Shown here: positions 1 through 8,889 of the stretch, piece by piece
Layout: each line of letters opens with the position of its first letter
Position numbering within the stretch: the stretch's first letter is position 1
Assembly (NCBI GenBank): GCA_934476315.1
Contig: CAKSNQ010000005.1
Span: 9,581-73,580, forward strand
Length of the DNA: 64,000 bases
Reading direction: 5' to 3'
From: an uncultured Eubacteriales bacterium
Lineage (GTDB): Bacteria; Bacillota; Clostridia; Oscillospirales; CAG-272
Notes under the pieces: generated by a model
What the model saw: the letters and a program-made list of their open reading frames with translations, nothing else
What the model was told of the DNA's origin: nothing
Database searches by the model: none
Made by a program: the position numbers and the translations under genes

Positions 1-1
1 G

Positions 2-55
2 CAGACGCTCCTTGAGCAACTGCTCGAAAAAGGAAAGGAGACAACGGTAAAATGA
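2..55 (+). CDS. 3' end of a CDS that starts before the window (17 codons visible); product unknown
   Basis: Open frame from the window edge reads ...QTLLEQLLEKGKETTVK*. Its TGA overlaps the next ATG (ATGA), which suggests an operon with the following gene. Confidence 0.3.
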   Translation, partial: QTLLEQLLEKGKETTVK

Positions 56-1419
56 ACCTTTGGACGTACGTAAAGGAGCATATGATGGAAAATTCCGATC
101 AGAGAATCGCGGAGGGCAGGGAGTCGCTGTCCTTTGAGGAAACAGTGATCTGGGCGGAGGAGTTTGCAAAGAAGCTGAACGACTTTCATTGCTGTGCGAT
201 TCTTTGCTCCTCCGAAATGGCGACGGCAATGTCCCTGCTCGCCTGCTTTGCCGCCGGAGTGACGGCAGTTCCTCTTTCCATGCGGTATGGGGAGCTTCAC
301 TGCAATAAAATTCTCAGCGCCATCAGCCCCGACGCGATCATTACGGACACCGACAGCAGGATTCGGGTGTACAAAATCAAGGACAGCCAGTATATTCCGC
401 CTCAGGAGCACCCGGCGCTGATTATGTGTACCTCCGGCACCACGGGCATCCCGAAAGGCGCGATGCTCAGCGAGCGCAATATCATGACCAACGTGTCGGA
501 CATTGCGGAGTATTTCGTCATGGATCGGAGAGATACCATTCTGATCGTGCGCCCGCTGTATCATTGCGCCGTGCTGACCGGCGAATTCCTTACCGCGCTC
601 ATCCGGGGAGCCTGCGTCCGGTTCTATTCCGGGCAATTCAACCCGATGATGACGCTTGAGCTGATCCGCGAGAACGCGATCACCGCGTTTTGCGGGACGC
701 CGACATTGCTTTCCGTCATGGCGAGATTCAAGCGCGACTCCTATACAGATACCCTCCGGCACATCTGCGTCAGTGGGGAGTGTATGGGCGCCGAGGTCGG
801 GGAGCGGATCGCCGATGCCTTCCCGCAGTGTGCCGTTTATCACATCTACGGGTTGACCGAGGCGTGCCCCCGCGTCAGTTATCTGCCCCCGGAATATTTT
901 CGGGCGTATCCCGATTGCGTAGGTGTCCCGCTTCGGTCCGTGTCGGTCAAAATTCTGGACCCGCAGGGCAAGCCCTGCGGGGAGAACGAGGCAGGTATCC
1001 TGTACGTCAAGGGGGACAATGTGATGCTCGGGTACTACCGTCAGCCGGAAAAGACCCGCGAAATTCTGCGGGACGGCTGGCTGTGCACCGGAGATGTCGC
1101 ACTCATCAACAGTGCCGGTTTTCTGAAGATCAAAGGGCGGAACGACGACCTGATTATCCGCTCCGGGATGAACATTTATCCCGCGGAGATCGAAGCGGTC
1201 CTGAAACAGGATCCGCGGGTCAGGGAAGTGCTGGCATATGGCTTCCGCAACCAGCTCAGTACCCAGATCGGCTTGAAAGTCGTGGGCGATTTTGCATCTG
1301 TCGATGAAGTGAAACAGCTCTGCCTGCGGCTTCTTCCGCCGTACCAGCACCCGTCTGCCATCGAACTTCTGGAAGAACTGCCGAAAAACGGTTCCGGAAA
1401 GGTCATACGGCGCGGGTGA
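52..1419 (+). CDS. AMP-dependent synthetase/ligase (ANL adenylate-forming enzyme, acyl-CoA-synthetase-like)
   Basis: 455-aa ORF with SD AAAGGAAAGGAG upstream. It carries the AMP-binding signature TSGTTGIPKG, then YGLTE and TGD...GR.DD core motifs and a C-terminal GKV.R. Confidence 0.85.
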   Translation: MNLWTYVKEHMMENSDQRIAEGRESLSFEETVIWAEEFAKKLNDFHCCAILCSSEMATAMSLLACFAAGVTAVPLSMRYGELHCNKILSAISPDAIITDTDSRIRVYKIKDSQYIPPQEHPALIMCTSGTTGIPKGAMLSERNIMTNVSDIAEYFVMDRRDTILIVRPLYHCAVLTGEFLTALIRGACVRFYSGQFNPMMTLELIRENAITAFCGTPTLLSVMARFKRDSYTDTLRHICVSGECMGAEVGERIADAFPQCAVYHIYGLTEACPRVSYLPPEYFRAYPDCVGVPLRSVSVKILDPQGKPCGENEAGILYVKGDNVMLGYYRQPEKTREILRDGWLCTGDVALINSAGFLKIKGRNDDLIIRSGMNIYPAEIEAVLKQDPRVREVLAYGFRNQLSTQIGLKVVGDFASVDEVKQLCLRLLPPYQHPSAIELLEELPKNGSGKVIRRG

Positions 1420-1441
1420 CGAAGGGGGACAGAGCAGAAAA

Positions 1442-2062
1442 ATGAAAACGATGACAGAACGGGAGAAAAAGCACCTTCTGACCGAGGAGCAATACCGTGT
1501 TCTTCTGGAACGCTTCGGGCAGGGCAAGCCGGTCTTCGAGCAGGTCAATTATTATTTTGACACCGATGACCTCGCCATGAACCGCCGGAGCATCACGTGC
1601 CGGATTCGCCTGAAAAACGGCAGATATAAGGGCACGATCAAGCGCCATAGAACCGGGACGGATCACAGTACCGAGACTGAGATCGAGGTGCGCGACGGCA
1701 TCCGGGAAAATGCGTTTGTCGATATGGGTCTGCACCTTAAGGGACAACTTGTCACGGAGCGACACGTCATTCAGAAAGACGCGTATTGTGAGGTGGTGCT
1801 GGACAAAAACGACTACCTCGGCATCACGGACTACGAGCTTGAGGTCGAGTACCTGCCCGGCGGCGAGACGGCGGCAGGGGAGACGATACGCGCGATTGCG
1901 GAGGTTTTGCAATGCGGAACGCACGTGAAACGCGGGAGTCGCGACAGCGCTAAAAGCAAGTCCGAAAGATTTTTCCGGAAATTGCTGGAATCAATTTTAA
2001 CCATGACAGAAGATGTCGCGGTTGTCCCTTATACTGAGGGTGCAGCTGCAAGGAACAAATAA
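1442..2062 (+). CDS. CYTH-domain protein (triphosphate tunnel metalloenzyme, YjbK-like)
   Basis: 206-aa ORF. It has an N-terminal ExExK motif (EREKK), an R.R strand (CRIRL) and a later acidic ELEVE strand, all typical of CYTH. Confidence 0.7.
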   Translation: MKTMTEREKKHLLTEEQYRVLLERFGQGKPVFEQVNYYFDTDDLAMNRRSITCRIRLKNGRYKGTIKRHRTGTDHSTETEIEVRDGIRENAFVDMGLHLKGQLVTERHVIQKDAYCEVVLDKNDYLGITDYELEVEYLPGGETAAGETIRAIAEVLQCGTHVKRGSRDSAKSKSERFFRKLLESILTMTEDVAVVPYTEGAAARNK

Positions 2063-2103
2063 AATACCAAACAAAATCTTAAGAAAAAGGAGAATTATTT
2101 ATC

Positions 2104-2910
2104 ATGGCATGCAGAAATGTTTACCGGGTACCGACGGGGGATGAGGACGGGCATATGCCCAAGAGTATGATTACCGTCCCCGCGGTGGCAAAAAATGTGA
2201 ACCGTCTCCTCTTCGGCGCCGATTCGGCAACGCGGGCAGACGTCCTTCTTCAAAACAATATCCGGGAATTTGAATGGGTGGTCCGCAACAAAATTTACCC
2301 GAATTTCTACGGCAGATACCTGACCGGAAAGGATTGCCTGACCAAGGAAGAAATCAACTTCCTTCACGACAAGGGGTGCAAGATCGCTCCGATGTGCAAG
2401 GATATCTGCACAAAGGTAACGGAGTACGAGGGGCGCATGCTCGGTAAAAAGCTCGCGCTTCGCGCTCAGGATCTGCAGATTCCCACGGGCACCGCGATCT
2501 TCCTGGAGCTTGGCGAGGAGGAGGCAGTGAAGCGCGACTTCCTGCGTGGCTACGCGATTGCTCTGATGGAGGAGGGCTATACCCCCGGCTTCAAAGCGAA
2601 TACCGACGCGGCATTTAAGTTCGACCGTGAATTCAGTCGCGGGCTTCTGACAGAGAACAGCACCTTCAGAAGATGCATGATCTGGGCGGCGGCTCCCATT
2701 ATCGACAAATTCAACGGAATCAGAACCGCTCATCTGATCCATCCGGACAGATGGATGCCGTTTGCCCCCTCGGGGATGACGAGAAACGAGATTGCCGTCT
2801 GGCAGTATGGCAAAAATGCCCATCCCATCGAGGACGACAACGGAGGAGAAACGTTCTTCAACCTCAACCTCGTTCGCAACGAACAGGTCATCATCGAGAA
2901 AATGTTCTGA
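2104..2910 (+). CDS. Glycoside-hydrolase-like protein (Rv2525c/DUF1906-type, GH25-related fold), no signal peptide
   Basis: 268-aa ORF with SD AAAGGAG. The pattern FYGRYL..LT.EE...L...G..I.P...A..A...A..L.IP.GTAIFLE recalls DUF1906. The N-terminus is hydrophilic. An alternative start exists at 2152. The family call is from memory and was not searched. Confidence 0.5.
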   Translation: MACRNVYRVPTGDEDGHMPKSMITVPAVAKNVNRLLFGADSATRADVLLQNNIREFEWVVRNKIYPNFYGRYLTGKDCLTKEEINFLHDKGCKIAPMCKDICTKVTEYEGRMLGKKLALRAQDLQIPTGTAIFLELGEEEAVKRDFLRGYAIALMEEGYTPGFKANTDAAFKFDREFSRGLLTENSTFRRCMIWAAAPIIDKFNGIRTAHLIHPDRWMPFAPSGMTRNEIAVWQYGKNAHPIEDDNGGETFFNLNLVRNEQVIIEKMF

Positions 2911-2951
2911 TACACACAACAATTCAAATAAAAATGTAAAGGAGAAAAAAT

Positions 2952-5234
2952 ATGTTAGAGAATTATCATGCCTATTACGACTACGATTCCTGCGGTGGGT
3001 CCTGCGGCGGCGATTGCCCTCCCACCCCGACCCCCGTGTACGTTACCTCCGTCAGTGTCACGCCGAGCTACCTCAGCATGAAGGTCGGAGAGTGGTCCTA
3101 TGCCCCCTACGCCTCTGTCTTGCCGTCGAACGCCGATAACAGAACCGTGCAGTGGTACAGTAACGATTCGAGCATTGCCTCGGTCAACTCCTCCAGCGGC
3201 TACGTCTACGCGAATTCGGAAGGTACCACGCAAATTTACGCGGTTGCCACGGATGGAAGCGGTTGCCGCGACTACCTGACCGTGTCTGTGAGCCGGAGAG
3301 TTCTGGTTTCCACGGTGGAATTCGATTACACGAGCGTTACCCTTGAAAAGGGAGATAGCTGGCAGATTCATGCCACGATCTGCCCGTATAACGCGGATAA
3401 CACGGGACTGCGTTGGGAAAGCTCCAACACCGATATCGCAACTGTGAGCAACGGTCTTGTCACCGCCGTATCCCGCGGCACCGCGACCATTACCGCGACC
3501 GCACGCGACGGCAGTGGCGCAAGAGCCATTTGTACGGTTTACGTGACGGAAACCATTCCCGTGACCTCCGTCAATGTCTCTCCACAGTATAAGTCGATGT
3601 ACTGCGGAACGTCCAGTTATGTTTACGCAACGGTTTCCCCGTGCGACGCTACCAATTCAGAAGTGCTGTGGAGCAGTAGTGATGAGTGCGTTGCCACGGT
3701 GAACCCGGACAGCGGTCTGGTCTGGGCACGGTGCGCCGGTACAGCGGTCATCCGCGCAACCGCCCGCGACGGCAGTGGCGTATCCGGCTGTTGCTACCTG
3801 ACGGTCACGGAACAGATTTTGGTTCAGAATATTTACCTGAATCACTACGATATGACTCTGCCTGTCAATTCGTCCGGAATTCTGGAGGCATCCATTTGCC
3901 CCGAAAATGCCACGAATAAGACGATTTTGTGGACCAGTAGCAATACGCAGGTCGCCTCCATCAACGGCGCCGGCACCGTGGTCGCAAGGGGAATCGGTAC
4001 CGCAACGATTACCGCCAGCACCTACGACAACAGTGGCGTAACGGCATGCTGCCAGGTAACGGTCGTTCCGGTTCCGATTGAGAAGGTGGAACTGAATAAG
4101 ACCAAGATGTTCCTTGGAAAGGATGAGGTTGTGCAGCTGCAGTGCAACGTGACTCCTCGCAACGCGACAGTGTCGACCGTTACATGGGAATCCTCTCCCG
4201 GCTACGTTGCAAGCGTCTCCTCGAGCGGTGCTGTGACTGCCCTTGCCGATGGTACCGCCACGGTTACGGTACGGGTCAACGGAACCTATACTGCCACCTG
4301 CGAGGTTGTCGTGGATACAAGAGAAAAGGTTGTGATTGAAAAAGCGCTTGATACGGACAACGAGGAATACTTCAAAATCAAGTTTGATGATGGAAGCATC
4401 TGGAAAAGCATTGGTTGCGATTTGTCGCTGGACGTCAATCGTTCCGGAGGCCTCATGTCTGACCCGGATGACGAACGGCTAAACTGCCCGGAGCGGAGAC
4501 ATATGAGTAATGTGAGTATGAATTTCTCCGCAAGACAGCTTGCGTTCGCTTACTTGTGTGATCCTCTGGGTGTCGAATTCTACATGAATCGTTACGACAC
4601 TTCGGCGCACCCGATTTCAGCACTTGGGCTGATGTGTTTGAAGGATGAAATTTACAAGAACATCTTCGGACGCTGGCCGCGATTGTTCCGGGAACTTCCG
4701 GATGGTCAGGTCTCCTACGTCGTGTATACGCAATCTCAGGATGTTCGCCCCCATTATTATTCCGACGCTGAAATCATGTTCGGCGGACACACCATTGTCG
4801 ATTTCCTGTCTCTTGCGTCTTTTGCCTTCAATGTTATCAACAGCATCGCGTTGTCTATCTTCTCCATGGCTTCCGATTCCTTCGGTACATTTATGACAGC
4901 TATGGATATTTCAAAGCTGCTGTTGTTCAATGGCGCAGTAGAGGACACTCTTGCTAGCGGCTCGTCGGCGGCATTGTCCGAGTATGTGAACAATGTGATT
5001 AATTCCAGCACGAGCGTTCAAGCTGTGAGAAGCGGTTTGTCGAGCAGATTCGGCTGGGCGATGAACGTTCTGGATTTGATTCCTACCATTCTGGATGCTG
5101 CAGGTGCATTTGCGCCATCGCTGAATGAAATGAAAGTTTACACCAAGATCGACTCCGAGAACTTCCGGACTTGCTTCCTGGTGGACGGCGATGAAATGAG
5201 TTTGCAGGAACTTCTTGAAAACCTTGAAAACTAA
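2952..5234 (+). CDS. Large protein with five bacterial Ig-like group 2 (Big_2) repeats plus an uncharacterised ~300-aa C-terminal domain; no signal peptide
   Basis: 760-aa ORF with SD AAGGAG 8 nt upstream. It contains five ~85-aa repeats of the form V.SV.v.P....l..G.....A.V.P.nA.N..v.W.SSn..vA.V...G.V.A...GTA.I.A...DGSG, spanning about aa 29-455. The N-terminus is MLENYHAYYDYDSCGGSCGGDC with no hydrophobic stretch. Confidence 0.8.
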   Translation: MLENYHAYYDYDSCGGSCGGDCPPTPTPVYVTSVSVTPSYLSMKVGEWSYAPYASVLPSNADNRTVQWYSNDSSIASVNSSSGYVYANSEGTTQIYAVATDGSGCRDYLTVSVSRRVLVSTVEFDYTSVTLEKGDSWQIHATICPYNADNTGLRWESSNTDIATVSNGLVTAVSRGTATITATARDGSGARAICTVYVTETIPVTSVNVSPQYKSMYCGTSSYVYATVSPCDATNSEVLWSSSDECVATVNPDSGLVWARCAGTAVIRATARDGSGVSGCCYLTVTEQILVQNIYLNHYDMTLPVNSSGILEASICPENATNKTILWTSSNTQVASINGAGTVVARGIGTATITASTYDNSGVTACCQVTVVPVPIEKVELNKTKMFLGKDEVVQLQCNVTPRNATVSTVTWESSPGYVASVSSSGAVTALADGTATVTVRVNGTYTATCEVVVDTREKVVIEKALDTDNEEYFKIKFDDGSIWKSIGCDLSLDVNRSGGLMSDPDDERLNCPERRHMSNVSMNFSARQLAFAYLCDPLGVEFYMNRYDTSAHPISALGLMCLKDEIYKNIFGRWPRLFRELPDGQVSYVVYTQSQDVRPHYYSDAEIMFGGHTIVDFLSLASFAFNVINSIALSIFSMASDSFGTFMTAMDISKLLLFNGAVEDTLASGSSAALSEYVNNVINSSTSVQAVRSGLSSRFGWAMNVLDLIPTILDAAGAFAPSLNEMKVYTKIDSENFRTCFLVDGDEMSLQELLENLEN

Positions 5235-5248
5235 AAAATAGCATAAAA

Positions 5249-5280
5249 CTCCCGTGGACTACTCAGGTAGCCCACGGGAG
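5249..5280 (-). terminator. Rho-independent terminator for the LRR lipoprotein gene; may also stop the convergent Big_2 gene
   Basis: 9-bp stem CTCCCGTGG/CCACGGGAG. On the minus strand it is followed by TTTT and sits immediately after the stop at 5285. Confidence 0.6.
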
Positions 5281-5284
5281 AAAA

Positions 5285-6181
5285 TTACTTGACCTGCGTC
5301 TGAAATCCCGCCCATTCCGGGGATGTAAAGCCCTTGGCGTCCTTGTGATAGTACACCGTGTACTCAACAGGGCAGAACGAAATGTGAGGGACAGCCTCCG
5401 CATCGTACAGATAGGAGTCCGGAGCGTCGCCGTCAAACGTGACCTTCTTCAGCCCGCTGCAACCCGAAAAAGCCGCGTTGGTGACGGTTGTCACCGTTTT
5501 GGGGATAACAATCTCCGCCAGCTTCAAGTCCTTGGCGAAGGCTTCGATGCCGATGGTAAGCAATCCGTCGTTCAGCGTCACCGTTTTCAGGGCGGGGCAA
5601 TCCGAAAAAGCTCCGTCGCCGATAGCTTTGACGCTCTTGGGGAGAATCAATTTAGACAAGCCCGTGTTGTGGAAAGCATACGGGAAAATTTGCTCGAGTC
5701 CCTCGTAAAATTCCACGGACTCCAGCCGGGTGCAATCGGCAAAAGCAGAATCCGAAATCGTCACGACAGAGACGGGAATCCTTACATGACGCAAGGAAAA
5801 GCAACCCATGAAAGCGCTGGCGTCAATCTTTGTGAGCGAGTTGGAAAGAGTAACCGACTCAAGATACACGCACCCGGCGAAGGCATATTCGCCGATCAAT
5901 TTGACCGTATCCGGCATCGTGAGCGAAACGACCAGACTGGAGATAAAGGCTTGCGCCCCGATCTGCGTGACCGGAGAGGCGTTGATCATATCCGGAATGG
6001 CGACCGCGCCGCCCTTGCCGATATACTTGGTAATCGTGACTCCGCCGTCGCTGTTCGTCCGGTATTCAAAATCATTTGCCGGAGTGGTGGGAGTCTCCCG
6101 CGTTCCGCGGAGAGAATCACAACCGCCAAGGCAGATCAGAAGCAAAACTACGGATAGAAAACTGCAAAGTATTTTTTTCAT
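5285..6181 (-). CDS. BspA-type leucine-rich-repeat (LRR_5) surface lipoprotein, paralog 1
   Basis: 298-aa ORF with signal peptide and lipobox (LLICLGGC). It has repeated ~23-25-aa units (IP.sV..Ig..AF..C..L..v.l) and a C-terminal YTVYYHKDAKGFTSPEW. Confidence 0.8.
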   Translation of the reverse strand: MKKILCSFLSVVLLLICLGGCDSLRGTRETPTTPANDFEYRTNSDGGVTITKYIGKGGAVAIPDMINASPVTQIGAQAFISSLVVSLTMPDTVKLIGEYAFAGCVYLESVTLSNSLTKIDASAFMGCFSLRHVRIPVSVVTISDSAFADCTRLESVEFYEGLEQIFPYAFHNTGLSKLILPKSVKAIGDGAFSDCPALKTVTLNDGLLTIGIEAFAKDLKLAEIVIPKTVTTVTNAAFSGCSGLKKVTFDGDAPDSYLYDAEAVPHISFCPVEYTVYYHKDAKGFTSPEWAGFQTQVK

Positions 6182-6238
6182 TAGATACCTCCAAAGTTTG
6201 GCTGACCAAAAAAGCAGGTGGATTTGTACTTCAGATAA

Positions 6239-7132
6239 TTATCTGATCTGCGTTTGAAATCCCGACCATTCCGGGGATGTAAAGCCCTTGGCGTCTTTGC
6301 GATAGTACACTGTGTACTCAACGGGAATGAATGAAATGTGATACGTTTCCGGGTCATACAGATAAGTTTCCGGTGCGTCGCCGTCGAAAATGACTTTCTT
6401 CAGCCCGGTGCAACCGGAGAACGCCGCATTGGTAACGGTTTTCACGGTCTTGGGAATGACGATTTCTTCCAATTTCATATCTTTGGCAAACGCTTCATTT
6501 CCAATCGTAACCAGCCCGTTATTCAACGTCACCGTTTTCAGAGAGGGGCAAGACGCGAACGCCCCGATGCCGATGGTCTGAACATTTTTGGGAAGAACCA
6601 GCTTGGTCAGGCTCGTGTGGCTGAACGCGTATGCGGAAATCTGCTCAATCCCCTCGCCAAACTCCACGGTTTCCAGCCGCGAGCAGTATTGGAACGCGGA
6701 TTCCGAGATAGTTTTGACAGAGGAGGGGATTTTCACGTTTCGCAGGGAAGAGCAATTCATAAAGGCGCCGAGTCCGATGTTGGTGAGCGCGTTTGAAAAG
6801 GTGATCGACTCAAGATTTGTGCATCCGGCGAAGGCATGCTCACCGATCGAAGTCACAGTATCCGGCATCACCAGGGTGACGATCAGATTGGACATAAAGG
6901 ACTGCAACCCGATCTGTGTGACCGTGGAACCGTTGATTGTTTCCGGGATGGAGACCGCGCCGCCTTTTCCAACGTATTTGGTGATTGTGATTCCACCGTC
7001 ACTGTTTGTTTCATATTCAAAATCTTCTGTGGGACTTGTGGGAATTTTCTGCGCTCCCCGGAGAGAGTCGCATCCGCTGAGGCAAAGTAGCAACAAAACT
7101 ACGGACAGAAAACTGCAAAGTATTTTTTTCAT
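6239..7132 (-). CDS. BspA-type LRR surface lipoprotein, paralog 2 (recent tandem duplicate of 5285-6181)
   Basis: Start is taken at MKKILCSF (7132), because the upstream ATG at 7144 lies inside the SD GGAGGT. The lipobox is LLCLSGC. The protein is collinear with paralog 1 over its full length. Confidence 0.8.
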   Translation of the reverse strand: MKKILCSFLSVVLLLLCLSGCDSLRGAQKIPTSPTEDFEYETNSDGGITITKYVGKGGAVSIPETINGSTVTQIGLQSFMSNLIVTLVMPDTVTSIGEHAFAGCTNLESITFSNALTNIGLGAFMNCSSLRNVKIPSSVKTISESAFQYCSRLETVEFGEGIEQISAYAFSHTSLTKLVLPKNVQTIGIGAFASCPSLKTVTLNNGLVTIGNEAFAKDMKLEEIVIPKTVKTVTNAAFSGCTGLKKVIFDGDAPETYLYDPETYHISFIPVEYTVYYRKDAKGFTSPEWSGFQTQIR

Positions 7133-7183
7133 TGATACCTCCAAAGTTTAGTTGAACAAAAAATAGGTGGAATCTGTATGCAC

Positions 7184-7212
7184 ATTATACTATAAATTAT
7201 CGGTGCTGTCAA
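7184..7212 (-). promoter_or_regulatory. Sigma-A type promoter, exact consensus TTGACA-N17-TATAAT, driving the LRR paralog 2/1 pair
   Basis: Minus-strand TTGACA lies at 7212-7207, followed by a 17-nt spacer and TATAAT at 7189-7184, about 50 nt upstream of the ATG at 7132. Confidence 0.7.
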
Positions 7213-7517
7213 TAAGTGCCAATAATATATACAGAAAATTCATTTTTAATTGATTAAGCATATATAAAATAAGGGAAACGGGTATGGTAAGAATCCCGAA
7301 AAACTGTCGGAATTTCTTGGAAAATCGCGCAACAGAGAGAAAAACATACAGGCGTATGAAGCGCGGAGGGGGAGTAGATCTACCGCTTTCCCGATAAATT
7401 CCATTAAGAAGCATATGACCGTGCCGGGGCTTATATCACAAATATTTTCATTTTTTCCAAAATATTTTCCTGCGATTCCATAGCCTACTCGGATTTCAAG
7501 CACACGCATCTTCGTTC

Positions 7518-7545
7518 AAAAAACCACCCGTTTTGAGGTGGTTTT
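7518..7545 (-). terminator. Rho-independent terminator downstream of the third LRR gene
   Basis: Minus strand reads AAAACCACC-loop-GGTGGTTTTTT. It is preceded by a second perfect 13-bp hairpin, CCGGCACGTTCCC/GGGAACGTGCCGG, at 7561-7591. Confidence 0.7.
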
Positions 7546-7612
7546 CGTTTTGAAATCGATCCGGCACGTTCCCATTATGGGAACGTGCCGGAATAAAACA
7601 TAAACCTTAAGA

Positions 7613-8590
7613 CTATTTGATTGGAATCATCTCGTATACTCCCACCCATGCGCAGTCATCCCAGCCTTTGGCTTCCGGATGATAGTAGATTGTCGGGGCG
7701 GAGTAAAAACTTGTCGGTTCAATGATCTCGGGGCAGTCCCCTTCAAAAACAAAGCGGGCAGAGCACCCTCCCATGATCATAAAAGGCAATGTGGAAAATC
7801 TTTTGGTAGATTTAGGAATTATAATTTGAGGATTTGAGGAAATAGAAAAGTACCCATAGAAACCGTCGAGATCTTCCCATCCGTCTTTAAATATGATTTT
7901 TTCCAGAACCGGCGTTTCGTAGAAGACGGATTCAGAGGACATGAATTTTAAGTCAAGCGATGTGGGAACGCGTATTGTTTTTAGCGAAGAACAATAGCTG
8001 AATGCGGCTCTTCCGATTTTCTGAAGACCGTTCGGAAGATCAATTTCCAAAAGTGAAGAGCAATTCCGGAAAGTGATGGCACCAATTTCCACAAGAGTTT
8101 CCGGGAGCGCAATGTGTTCAAGTCCGGTACAATCTTCAAATACGCCGCCGTCCATGTCTTTTAGCGCAGTCTTCGAAAAATCAACCGTTTTCAGGTTTAT
8201 GCACCCTTGAAAAGCGCGTCCGCCAATTCCTCTAAGGTTTTTGGAGACTTTTATTTCTGTCAATTCTTTGCAGTCCCTAAATGCGTACCGCCCGATTCCA
8301 AGAACGGTATCCGGGAGAGTAACTGAACGCACGTTGCTGCCTTCAAATGCGCCAGAGCCTGGGATGCCACTGCCGGTAAAGAGAATTGAGAATACTTTCT
8401 TTCCGTCAATTTCCGCAGGAACAACAACGTTTTGAGAGGTTCCAATGTACTTGGTGATATATACCGATTGACCGTCATCGCTTAGTTTATACTCAAAATC
8501 CGTCGCCGGGGTTTCTTTCGGGGCGTTATGGCACGAGCAGAGACAAACGATGGCAAGCAGAGCGGCAAACAACAACAGAAGTTTTTTCAT
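7613..8590 (-). CDS. BspA-type LRR surface lipoprotein, diverged paralog 3
   Basis: 325-aa ORF with SD AAGGAG. It has a signal peptide and lipobox (IVCLCSC), the same FEY...ITKYIG..VVVP architecture and LRR_5-like repeats. Confidence 0.8.
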   Translation of the reverse strand: MKKLLLLFAALLAIVCLCSCHNAPKETPATDFEYKLSDDGQSVYITKYIGTSQNVVVPAEIDGKKVFSILFTGSGIPGSGAFEGSNVRSVTLPDTVLGIGRYAFRDCKELTEIKVSKNLRGIGGRAFQGCINLKTVDFSKTALKDMDGGVFEDCTGLEHIALPETLVEIGAITFRNCSSLLEIDLPNGLQKIGRAAFSYCSSLKTIRVPTSLDLKFMSSESVFYETPVLEKIIFKDGWEDLDGFYGYFSISSNPQIIIPKSTKRFSTLPFMIMGGCSARFVFEGDCPEIIEPTSFYSAPTIYYHPEAKGWDDCAWVGVYEMIPIK

Positions 8591-8682
8591 AATGTCTCCT
8601 TAATAAAATATGTAATGAATTTTGGGTGTGCCTGATTTCAAACGATGCTTACTTGGCTATTATCGGGGGACAACCTCCGGGT

Positions 8683-8790
8683 TTATCCCATGTCCGCGAC
8701 TGTCGCCGCTTTGAATGACGGGAAAAACAGTGCTCGCATCGAAAATTTTGCCGAGTCGCGTAACAGGAAAAATACAACCTTTTTTTTCAT
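8683..8790 (-). CDS. Possible 35-codon leader ORF in the long 5' leader of the third LRR gene
   Basis: ATG preceded by GGAGGTTTCA. The ORF lies between the consensus promoter (8861-8889) and the LRR gene. The peptide is MKKKVVFFLLRDSAKFSMRALFFPSFKAATVADMG. There is no family resemblance. Confidence 0.2.
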   Translation of the reverse strand: MKKKVVFFLLRDSAKFSMRALFFPSFKAATVADMG

Positions 8791-8860
8791 TGAAACCTCC
8801 AAAAGTTTTTCATAATACACTGCTTGTGACGGAAAAATAACGGGAAGCTCTCCCACGTGT

Positions 8861-8889
8861 ATTATACTATAATTTGAGCGTTTTGTCAA
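8861..8889 (-). promoter_or_regulatory. Sigma-A type promoter, exact consensus TTGACA-N17-TATAAT
   Basis: Minus-strand TTGACA lies at 8889-8884, followed by a 17-nt spacer and TATAAT at 8866-8861. It sits about 270 nt upstream of the LRR paralog 3 start. Confidence 0.65.

Noticed and set aside
5345-7151. Plus-strand ORFs (5345-6157, 5808-6257, 6338-6796, 6588-7151) opposite the LRR lipoprotein genes
   Set aside because: These are antisense shadows of clearly periodic LRR coding sequence. None has an SD and none shows lipoprotein or other motifs.
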